NCBI GenBank assembly: GCA_051362555.1 | Contig: CM120640.1 | Coordinates: 58,630,788 to 58,694,787, forward strand | DNA from: Lingula anatina | Lineage: Eukaryota; Animalia; Brachiopoda | DNA length: 64,000 nucleotides | Reading direction: 5' to 3' | In this document: piece after piece, positions 1-11,248 of the stretch | Position numbering within the stretch: position 1 is the stretch's first letter | Layout: every line of letters starts with the position of its first letter | Translations under genes and position numbers: made by a program | The notes under the pieces: model-generated | Database searches by the model: none | What the model saw: the letters and a program-made list of their open reading frames with translations, nothing else | Told to the model about the DNA's origin: nothing

Positions 1-3000
1 CTTGACTTTTTTGTGAGCTTGGACCAGTCTTTCCCTGTATCTGGCCTCAAGCTGCAACAGTGCATTTTCCTAGCAAAGATAATTAATTTTATATTATATG
101 TTAATCCTCAAAATATTGTCTCTGGTTAAAGGGATAATAACTCTTCGTTTCGGCCAAAAAATGAATTTTCCTGGAATAAAGAACAATTTTCCCATACTTA
201 CCAATGGTTAATGAATCCATTTTTACATTCAAAGTTGGTCCCTGGTTTTTTTCTAAAAAGTTTGGTTTTTTGTTAAAATCTCTTAAGAGATTTTAACAGA
301 GTATAGCCATCAATGGAGGTCACGTGGTCTAAAGACAAGCTCAGATATCAGAATAATAGCTATAACTGCTGTTTTTGTGGTAAAACAGAATATATTATAT
401 TTCTATGAGTTATTCACAATGTTTTTATTGTGCAATATAGATCTCATACGAGGAGTTATCATCCCTTTAATATAAAATAAATTTAACTAAATGAAGACTG
501 AGTGAGAAACCCAATTCTGGTAACTATACTGACAATTTGAATACAGATAAATAATGTTACAAAGTTATGACTGTAAATTAACAAGATACATCTAGTCTTT
601 TTGCTGACTAACATTCTTTTATAAAAAACCTGAACTCCAATATATTGTCAAACAAAACCACAACTAAACATCAAACTTTCTTTGAAAAGTAACGTACCCT
701 TTCAGACTGGATAGCAACACTTTTGAGGGTTCTTTCTAACTCAACTCTTTCTGCTGTGAACTGAATAGCTACCTCTCTAACTTCTTTACTTTCTTGGAGT
801 GGCTTTAAATAGCCCTTCTCTGTCCATGTCTTAAATTAAAAGTACATGGTATTGATATATATTGATCTGCACTAAATGTAACATTACACAGTGATTTTCA
901 GTCATAAAATTTCCTTTACACTGTCACTTTGTCTTAATTTATTTGTCACATACAATTTTTAAAAATTCAAAATCTGCATAGGCAAGATTGTAATTTCATA
1001 TTAACAAAAGAAATTATATGAAACTAAATACAGCTGTTCTCAACAGCATTACTTTAGTCCAAAACACATAGAACACACAGGCATATTCTGTGAATAACAA
1101 AGGAACCTACTTACATCACTTTGCTTCATAAGATGTCTACTTAATCCCCTGTTTCCAAGTTGGGCAACTTTACTAAACACCAAAATCATCCCAAAAATCT
1201 CTGCCAAATCCACAGGAAAAAGGAACTCCTTGGAAACACCCATGTTTATTGCTCCCAAAACAAGCATATAGCCTCCTACAAGATAAAATTAAATCATATT
1301 TTAAACAAAATTATTTTCCGAGCTTCAGGTTCTTGCAGATACTTTTGTCAACTTGTAACTGTTTGTCTTCTTCTAACCTTTATAAATGTTTTAGTCATGG
1401 TATCATTCCAGTAACTTACACCCATTCCATTATCTGGATAACAGGCTTCCAAATATTTAATATGACATGGAAACAAAACCAAACATTACAGTACTGAGAT
1501 AGCCCAAATGTAAAGCCAATGATTTTTATCACTTTAAAGTAAAAAATGCATGGCTGTTTAAGTAATAAATAAATAGCATGCTTCTTACCTAAAACTCCCG
1601 TTTTGGGTTCCACGAAGTCGAAGAGCGATTTAGGAAAAAAGAACATTCTGACCGGTTTCCTTTTTTCCAAAAAAACTGGTGGAGGATAATTGACCATGTC
1701 TCTTTGTTCACCATAGTATTTTGCATTTAACTTGGACCAGTAGTCCAATATGTCTGAAGAATCGTCTTTCCCCTCATCTACAACCCTTTTTGCTCTTCTC
1801 ATCTCCATGTCATAGTCATAAACCACCCTTCAAAAGATAAAATGTGTGCAGTTCTTTAAGAAATACATTTAAAAACTCAATGGTTCTGTAGAATGTGAAA
1901 ATAAACATTGTAGTAAGCTAGTTTGTGACATTAAAAAAAACTTTCAAGAAGACTCTCAAATTGGATATATATATATATCATGGTAATCTGTAGAAACTTT
2001 AAGAGGCTTCCATTCTCTAATAATTTCTAGAAATAAACAACTGATGGTAAAAAAGCGCTCTCCCCGTCATTACTATAAGTTATTATATGACGATTACAGT
2101 GTTATAGCTTACTGCGCGTACTACGATTACCTGATATTTTACCGCTGATTATTACAATGCTGGATTTACACTGTTTTTATTATATTGGGCACTTTATTAT
2201 AAAATACAGGATTTTATTTGAAACCTGTTGGGATTGAAAACCCAACAGCTTGTGAGATAAAATGAAGCATTTTTTTCAAAAATGCTGGAAAACTCCACCT
2301 TGTGAGAAAAAGTTTGCTAACATCAAGAAGTAAACCGTTTACAACAAGACAATTTACTCACAGATTGCAGGTTCATAATAAAGTTGGAATAAAAGATATA
2401 TATTAAAGAAATATCCTTCAATAGCAACACCATGACATTTTTTTCTTCACTTGATGAACAGTAAATAATCACCTACCCTCTTTGGGACATGACGTTTGTA
2501 CTGGTAGGGATACATATTTTTGAAACGAGGCGTTGCCAGCCTGGATGTTGATTAATACCTGAAACCAAGAAAAAAGTACAGGATCAGAGAAGTGATACCG
2601 TCTCCAGGTATAGTACAACCAGCTGGAGTAAGCACATTTGTATGGAAAAAAAGGGACACCACCTCCAGTGTTGTACTTGACAAGCTCTACAAAATGCAGT
2701 AAACAAGAGTTCTCAATTTTTTTTTGCAGAAAATTACAATTTATAAGAAATCCAAGGTTGCAGTAAGATTGTGAATATAGGACTTCCCAATCAAGTTCAA
2801 TAGCAAATTTAAGAGTTTGGAAATTTGTGAAGTGCAGTTCATCATTAAAAATAGGTCTAAGGTCAATTTCAAGGTCACAGCCAGTAGGTGACTTCCTACT
2901 CACTAGCTGATACTCGTCCATCATATTAATCATTGAACCATGATAAAGGATTAATATACACGATTTAAATATTCTGTGTGAAAGTCTTATTTTCACACTT

Positions 3001-5693
3001 GTATTAAAAAAAAAAAAAAACACGGGCCTGAGTAGGCATCAAACCCATTCCCCCTAAATTGAAGTGTTTGACAACTAAGGATGTTACCACTTGGCCAGCA
3101 AATCAAGCAGTGTAATGGACAATATATGATTCCTGTCATACATATTCATCCATCCAGAAGGTGAGAATGGTATATATCTGGAAAGCCTGTGCTTGAAGCA
3201 GGTTTTGTTCTTTAGTCTTTTCCAAAATTGTGAGTGATGGCAAGTGTTTACTTGTGTCTGGAGTAATTTTTCTCTGTGTGTTGCACTGTATTGCCCATTT
3301 TAGCATGACCCGCACAAAAGTTCATTCAAGCATTAGCACTCCTAAGTTTTCTGATAATAAGTCAGGGTTCTGCCGAGGCCGCGATTCTGCGAGATTCTCG
3401 CCAAAAAAATAAAATTCTCGCACAAAAATTACCAAAGATGCGAAAATTCTCGCATACAAACCGAGTGAGGGTGCTATCATTGTTCTTGAGATGATAAAAG
3501 ACACATTGAGAGTGGCATCTAAAATTGTTTATCTAAATAATCATCACCGGTATAAATTTCTGCGCATCGTCCGCTGCATTGACTTGTTAACACAGTGTCC
3601 CTAACGTCGTCATATTGACGATGTTTTACAGACTGCAATGTGTACCCTCGTAAGAGATCGTTTCAAGCAGCGTCGTCATTTGTTGTCGTAATATCAATAG
3701 TACCTCTTCATGACTACAGTCCAATCGGCAATCCTCGGGTGACTCCGCTGCACTCGGCCTAAAGTAGGTTGAGCGATTGAGCGGTTTTATTGGTTCTCTC
3801 ACTCGCGGGACAGCAATGATAGACAGCGTGACAGTGATATTCAGCATCAGTGAAGCGTGGTTAAAATGGCAGCTTCCTCGCCGAAAGCGAAAGTTAAGAA
3901 ACAGAGATCTATTTTAAGTTTTATGCCAAAGTCAGGTGAATCCGTTTCTCCGCCTGACAAGTCTGAGAAAAAGAAGAAACAAATTTCTGTAGATGCGACT
4001 CCAGATGAAACTGACAGTTCGTCGACGATAAAGGTATGGTCATTCCGTGGCATTTTTATTTATGTTTTGGAAGGACACTTGACACTTCGTTTGAAAATGT
4101 GAAAGAAAGTAAAAAAAAAAAAAGGGTAATAGGCCCGTTTTTGATACGATTATTCCTCTATATGTGAGCATGAAAATTGAAAAAAAAAAAAACGTTAAAA
4201 AATGACGGGTCCCGTTTCTGATATGTTTATTCCTCCTATGTGAGTATGATAATATGAAAAAGAAGTTTAAAAAGTTAGGAGGCCCGTTTCTGATATGTTT
4301 ATTCCTCTGTATATATGTGTGAGAATACTAATATGAAAAAAAAGTAAGGGCCTCCTAATCAAGGATATTTTCATAGAATGCACTCAACCAAATGTGTGAC
4401 CTCACCTATATTTTTTTACTTTAGCCTTTATTTTAAAAAGTTGTCGATATTGTGAAAACGATAAATCAAAGATAAAAATGTCCTTCCCAAACACTATTAT
4501 GCAATTTTTCCTGATAAAAGTGTTAATTAAGTCATGATTAATCATCAAAACCTAAAAATTCTTTTGGATTGTGGTGTCTGGTTCCAGAAATTATAAGTTT
4601 GTAAGTAGGAGAAATTTTAACTTTTTTTAAATTTTAGGTCTGCAGACCAAATACCATCGAAGGGCCTGAAAGAAAGAAACCAAAAGTAGTGCCACAGAAA
4701 TTTCAACACGATTGGTTAAGAGATTATTCTTGGCAACGACGTCTTGACAATCAAACTTGAGGGGGGGGGATAGGAGAAAGTTTGACTTCATGGAGGCTCT
4801 TCAAGAATGGAGAGTCAAAAACAGGAAACTTTGTTAAATGACTCTAAGTTAGTTGTTCATTATGTGAACTTAATTGGACAGTACAGATGAGCAGTGTGTC
4901 TTGTTGGCACATAGCCTTAAAGTAAAAGTTTTTATTAAAAAAATCATTTGCAACTGTATATACACACAGTCTATTTAAAGTTACTTTCAAAGATGAACCA
5001 GTTCAGCTTGTGAACTTTAATAAAATACCAGTACAGACTAGCAGTGTATGTTTTTACATAAAATATCAATTTTGCTGATCTCCCACTATTTCTCAAAATC
5101 TCCCCAACTTTTTAGCTCAGAGGGGAGAATTCTCCCCCCTTTTTTGAGACCTTGGCAGAACCCTGTAAGTACTAGTTATGTGCAGCCATATCTTTGATTC
5201 ATTAAAAATATAAGAAAGCGTAAAAAAAAATGGCTTAAATATTATTATTTTTAGTTATTATGCGACCGAAATATGCGGACAAATTTACCAGCCTTCAACT
5301 TCAATGTAAGATGACAGACCACAGTTACTCGCCGACATTTTTTTTTATTTTTATTTTTAATACTTTTTTCTTTGATATGTTAAATACCAAATTGATAAAG
5401 TTTAAAAATGCTCCAATATATATAATGAAGTTTATAAATGCTCCAATACAAAGTCAGGGAGGCAAATTTTTGGTGAACCGAAGATCAAAGAAGAATTAAG
5501 ATAGATCCCCAACTCTAATTTTCGTCTCTCCAATGGGCAATGGCAATGGGTTGCCAAAGAGTAGTGCTAATAACAGAACCTGTTTGACATCTCTACATGT
5601 TTTGTAAAATGTCACAAACGGCAAACAAACCTTGTTAGTGTTTAAACCAGTGCATGACACCTTACCTAGTCGCACAACTCTTGAGAGCGACAT
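1..5693 (-). CDS. ATP5PB: ATP synthase F0 subunit b, mitochondrial (ATP5PB/ATP5F1-like), divergent; 3' end runs off the window
   Basis: Phase-consistent GT-AG exons: 5693-5666, 2558-2477, 1827-1589, 1275-1115, 829-698, 69-<1. Translation: MSLSRVVRLGINQHPGWQRLVSK...YYGEQRDMVNYPPPVFLEKRKPVRMFFFPKSLFDFVEPKTGVLGGYMLVLGAINMGVSKEFL...ENALLQLEARYRERLVQAHKKVK. This matches recalled subunit-b motifs (ERDxVNFP, VRxxFxPxxxFxFxxPKTGVxG, SKE, ENxxLQLEAxYRERL). The N-terminus is Arg/Ser-rich and lacks acidic residues, like a mitochondrial presequence. Confidence 0.88.
130..466. mobile_element. Kolobok-like non-autonomous DNA transposon (TTAA TSD)
   Basis: TTAA|AGGGATAATAACTC ... GAGTTATCATCCCT|TTAA: terminal inverted repeats with purine-purine ends and a TTAA duplication. 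A partial second copy is at 63047-63165. Confidence 0.7.
2575..2905 (-). mobile_element. 3' fragment of HINE family 1 (Helentron-like), inverted
   Basis: Reverse complement of the 3' module seen at 48620-48813, 53410-53586 and 60137-60332 (…ctccagctggt…ggaGgcggtatcgcctctctgatcct), plus part of a 146-bp monomer (aggtcaatttcaaggtcacag). Confidence 0.7.
3363..5165 (+). mobile_element. hAT-like deletion derivative with 5-bp TSD (hAT5-type) retaining a spliced transposase N-terminus
   Basis: TIRs CAGGGTTCTGCC(G/A)AGG / CCTTGGCAGAACCCTG with TSD TAAGT on both sides. The remnant ORF MAASSPKAKVKKQRSILSF...IK|gt splices at ~4638 to VCRPNTIEGPERKKPKVVPQKFQHDWLRDYSW, the FxxxWLxxYxW start of a TTF-type zinc finger. 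Three ~75-bp internal repeats lie at ~4131, 4208 and 4281. Confidence 0.75.
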
Positions 5694-5822
5694 CTTGGGC
5701 TTTCAGCACCCTGCCGCCGCCTCCCTGAATAGTGTCCGGTTCAACCCGTAGCAACCACAAACGGGTACGTAATTTTCGTCGTAACTGATATTACGACTGC
5801 CAAAAAACGGCCATTAGTAAAC
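5694..5822. promoter_or_regulatory. Putative bidirectional promoter between ATP5PB-like (-) and JIP1-like (+)
   Basis: Only 129 bp separate the two divergent ATGs (5693 and 5823). The interval is locally richer in GC and CpG than its flanks. Confidence 0.6.
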
Positions 5823-8244
5823 ATGACATCCACACGGGAGCGACGGAATCATTCTAAAAAAATTGAACAAAAATCGTATGCCAGGGACAGATATAGGTAG
5901 GAGCAATATAATTTGATTAATTTCAAAGTATTTATAACTGATTCTAGAAATCTTTTAAGATTTTTTTCGTATGCCGTACGGGATAAACAAGATAATTACG
6001 GTAGATTCGGAGTACCTCAACTATGAGTCTATGTACATGCCATAATATGGTACTGATACAGTTAAATGTTTATAGTCTTTTAACTCCAATGTCCATTGTT
6101 CTCATCAGATTGGTTAACGATTTTTAGGTTACTGTATGTACGCGCAGACAGAACACTGTGAATTGTTGGGATATAACTAATGAAGCTACTGGGAGTACTA
6201 GTAGATGTCAGTCAGTAGTCTTGAACAAGAACTTTGATGAAAAATGAACAGTTGTCAAAAACAAAAAACCTAGGTTTGGTGGATCGACTACTGATCCTGC
6301 ATGCCACAAAGTCCAAGCCCTAATTGCTTATACCCCCTTTACACAGGACGGCATCCTTTCTGCATCTTTTCTGCGACCATGAAATTTGGCATCGCTGTGG
6401 TCTTTATAAGGAGGCACGAGCATTGATTTGGTATCAGAATGAATGCTCAATGATCGGCCAGTTGTCGGCACGTAAAGTATTATAATTCTTTAACTCTCAA
6501 ATGGGGCCGAACTGCTGGACGCAGAAGGGACGCCGTCCAGTGTAAAGGGGGCTTTTTCCAAACACATCTTTCTGAAAACAATGGCACAGTTTATGTTCAT
6601 ATATGGATGGTTGGTAAGGTTGCCTTCTAGTGTTTTACAGTGGCAAAAAAAGTTGAACAGGTGGAGAAATTATAATTCAGAGGCTGTAGGATACAAGAGA
6701 TATAATAATTTAAATTTTTCAACTGGGCTGTGGACATTGCTACAGAAGACACCAGAGTTACCTAGCTTTCCTATTTTCCAACTCTGGTCAGGGGGTCTCC
6801 CTAAAATGCACAATATAGCACAACACAACACTAAAAAAAAGAAGTACAATAGCAAGTTAAAACAGGAAATGGTCAATGCCAAGCCAATAGGTGATATAAA
6901 GGCAAAATATATTACTAGGTAATTAATCTTTGACACAACTTAAACAATCCATACACACCCCAATCTGTACCATTTGTTTAGGTTGGGATGTCCACCATAT
7001 TTCAAAGATGAGGCACTGGCCAACAATGTGAATGACCAGGTGGTGAGAATGCTAACTTGAATGATTCAGATACTCCTAAACAGGGTGGGTTTAGCTGAAA
7101 ATGACCATCTATCTAGCTAGAGACATATCTGTGAATATCTGTAAAAAATCTATCACTCACCCTGGTAGAGGGTATGTTTGGAGATCACCACCACAGTAAC
7201 TCCACATTAACCAAAAATTCATCTTAAAAGCAAAGAAAAATTTAACTATGATCGAGATACACTGCGTATGTAGTAGAGTGTACAAGTGTACAACTGTTGC
7301 ACAAATACAAAAGTAAACTATAGGGTATTGCAGAAGAGGCAGTCAGGGAAACATCACCCGAATTTTTCTAAATAGTATTTATAAATAGATTAAACTGAAC
7401 AGACAACATGTGCTCTCTCTGTGTCTCTCTTCCATTGTGACAACAAGTACTAATATTGGGATCTACAATGTATTAGAACAGATGATCACAGAAGAAATAA
7501 ATAGGGAACATCCGAGATAGCCTTTTTTGAACATCTGCGCAGCAGATGACGTCAAACGAGACCTGGATTGGAGCAAGATTTCACGAGAGGTGGGGTTAAA
7601 ATCTGCCATTGAAACTTCTCTCGCGGTTGTGCACAAGTCTTATGTTATAGGGTTGCACTGAGTAAAATTTGGCGTTGTCATGTAATTTGAGATAGAGCAA
7701 CGCAATGGCGAATTGCTAATGTTGTGTCGTAGGGTGCATTGCAGTAAAACCTAACCGAGAAAACCAAGAAAATGACCATGGATGACAGACACGACTGGCG
7801 AGAGAAGTGAAGTAAAGAAAGAGAAGTAGTTGGGCTTGAACAGATAAAAAGGACTAAGTGCCGACATATTTAAAGTACAGATCAGGTCGCAGTATTTTGT
7901 AGGAAGAAAGGGACCAACTGCAGACAACTAGCAACCGACACGTCACTGGCTTCATGGCATCACCGTATAGACCGTATCATCAACGGTCGAGGGACATATT
8001 AATAAGTAAGTTTTGTGTGTGTAGTTTACAGGACACCATGGTTTATTAACGTAATACAGCCCTAGTACTTGTGATTAATAGTCTTTTACGGTAACCAGGC
8101 CCGTAGCCAGCAATTTTAGAGGGGGGGGGTCGTTTTCTGAAAAAGTGGACCTTTTACCATAAAATCCTCAAGTACATAGGTCAAATTGTACCCAGAGTGG
8201 ATCTTTTCCCAGCAAAAAGGGTGGTTCTTTCGAACCCCCCAAAC

Positions 8245-8308
<64 letters not shown>

Positions 8309-9893
8309 CTACGGGCCTGGTAACTATATCAGACAAATTTGCTTATACCATTCCTGTCTCCATATAACGTGTACCTGATTATGAAATACTGGTGAACCTT
8401 CCACACCTATTAAGTATACACAATGTTCAGTTGCGTTTGTAACATTCCATGCCGGGTGGTCAGTTATGATAATTGCAAGTAAGATAGAAATTAGAGTTGG
8501 TATTTTACAACAACGTTTATCACATAATGATATATATTTCAGAAAAATAAGTGAGTTAATTATTTTTTTATTTTAGAGCATGACAGACACAGCACATGTT
8601 ATTGAACCAGGCAAGAACTGTGAGAATCATGTGGTCAGGATAATCAGATGTTGAAGATTGCTCAGTGTATATTAATCTCTTATGTCCTTAATTATTATGT
8701 TGTTGACTAAAATTATATCAGGAATCAACAGATGGCATTTTTGCCTGGGTGTCACTTACAGTATCAGGTATTTTCTTTATTACTTTAAAATGAAATATTT
8801 GGTTATATATATATATATATGCCTATGTATTGTACTGCACTAGTAATTTAATGAAGAAAATAAATTTTCTTGCTAGTATCATTTTTATGTTACTGTAGTG
8901 ACTTTTTTAATAACTATATGACACCTGTTTTTCATATCATTTACTCGGATCACAAATACAAGTTCGCCTTTGATGTTGTGTTTATTTGTTGTATTTGTGT
9001 ATAACTGTCAATAAAATGCAATGATTCTGTGAACATTTCAACTTATATGTTGTCCATTTTAATACTTTCTTCTGCCATCTTTCCTGTCAGATTTAAGTCA
9101 GATCTGATCACAATAAAACTTACATTTTGTGAATGCTATCCACTAGTTCTATAGCATCATTTTCATAAGTAAATAAATGAAGAAAATTAACTTTATGATC
9201 AAATTTGAGCTTTTTGAACTAGTTACTATAAATTTAGTGAAATTAAAACAAAGATGCAGGCAAGTCTAATGTTCTGATATGCAATCCATCAGTAAATGAA
9301 ATGTCAAATGATTTTATTTTACTTCTTTAAAAATTATGATAACCTAAAAATGAAGCAATTAAGCCCTTGACAGCACTGGATTATTTTATTTACAAATGTC
9401 CAATGCTTGTAGAATGTACATGGACCTACTTTCAACATTGATCTCATTGAAAGCAAAACAGTCATGCCACTCCCATAAAGTGACAAAAAGGTTGCAAATG
9501 AATCTCACGTCAGTTGTACGTACATATTATATCAATACTTTTTCTTTATAAAGTGAAAAAAGAACAAGCCTGTAGCTCAAAAATTTTGGAAGTTCAGCTA
9601 TTTTTCAAGTAAAGAAATCGCTGCTCTACTTCCTTGTGGTCTCCATATTTTAACCCCACCTCAAGGCAGATCTCGTAAAATCACGGGGAAATGTGGTCTT
9701 CTCGTTGAGAACCCGGACAACCTCTATTCAAACTACCTTTTGAAATTCTGCTTGTATCACTTGACTCTGAACATCCTGTTTATGACTCCAAACTCCAACT
9801 CCTCTCACCTGCACATTTGGCACTATCATTATGTACTGGAGATTTTGGAGAGTGCATTAATCCAATTATTTCATAGAAGGACATTCTGACAAA

Positions 9894-9976
<83 letters not shown>

Positions 9977-11152
9977 CTGTATATATATAACTGTCAAAAA
10001 TGAAATCGTGCTTAAGGAAGTAAACCTCAGGCCTACCCAACTACCAGACTCTGCACCGAATGATCCTGAAATCACCGGTAGATCGGACCACACTACCCGT
10101 TTTCAAGAAAAAAATTGGCATTTTGGACCTAAACTTTGGGCCCTCCCCTTTAGGACCAGCATAAGAATAATATCTATGGTAAAAAAGAAAACAAAAAGAG
10201 AAAGAAATATGTTAGTGAGGACCCAGATAATATACCTCAAAACAAAAGCTATCCATTGATAGCATCAAAAAAGTATTACTAAGAATGTTCAACCAAAATG
10301 GCCAAATTCAGCCTGGAAAATGGGTGCTAAAGTCAGTTTATTCCCAGATTCATGTTTCATTTTTGGTACCTGAAAAACTCCTGAAGGTTTTATGTTTCTA
10401 TAGAAGTTTGAACTGTAATTTAATACCATTTCAAGCATAAATTGGCACAAAATCAGTGTTTGCAAACAGTTATAAAATGCAAATGCTAACCTCTACCATG
10501 GGTGCTCATATGTCCACAGACAGCAGAGCCCATCTGATATGATGACATAAATTATGATAATTTTGTGCCTTTGTACATTTTCAACATGAAGGAAATCGAC
10601 GTCTGTGATTTTTTCAGATTAACTCATGATGTGAGCCCAGATGAAAGCATTGACTTGGGTTTGGATAGAGATATTATTGACTTGGATGATTATTATGAAG
10701 AAAATGGTATATCGGCTTCTACCACCGAAATTAAATCAAGGAAACCCCCAACATTAAACACCAAGCCTGTGAATTCAACATTCAATCTGGACAGACATGG
10801 AGATGGAGTCAATTCAGTACAGGACAGCTTTAATATCATGGGTCTCTCTCATAAAGCTGAATTTAATAACAACTTAGAAAAAGAAAAAACCAAATGGATA
10901 TACAACTATGAAGATGAATACAGCAAGAAAAAGACAAGCACTTCTAGGCAAAGACAAGATACCAGTGATGTCATTTCAAATGGAACTGGATATGAAAACT
11001 TTCCAAAAAATGTAAGTGAAATTAACCCAATGTCAGTTATATGTTTCAAGCCATTTTTGAAGAATTCAATGGTCAAATAATGACCAAAGAAATTTTGTTA
11101 ATATATGTATTCATATGCCTATTCTGATTATTGTAAAATGAATTCATGTTCT

Positions 11153-11248
<96 letters not shown>

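Noticed and set aside
2469-3023. 184-aa minus-strand ORF
   Set aside because: It is mostly inverted HINE-1 3' sequence. The true ATP5PB exon (2558-2477) inside it uses a different frame.
7587-9662. 16-bp inverted match GAGGTGGGGTTAAAAT / ATTTTAACCCCACCTC as TIRs of a 2-kb element
   Set aside because: There is no TSD and the match does not extend convincingly.
9780-10093. ORFs with (YI)n; similarly (CV)n at 21871 and poly-F at 17103-17377
   Set aside because: These are microsatellite and homopolymer translations.
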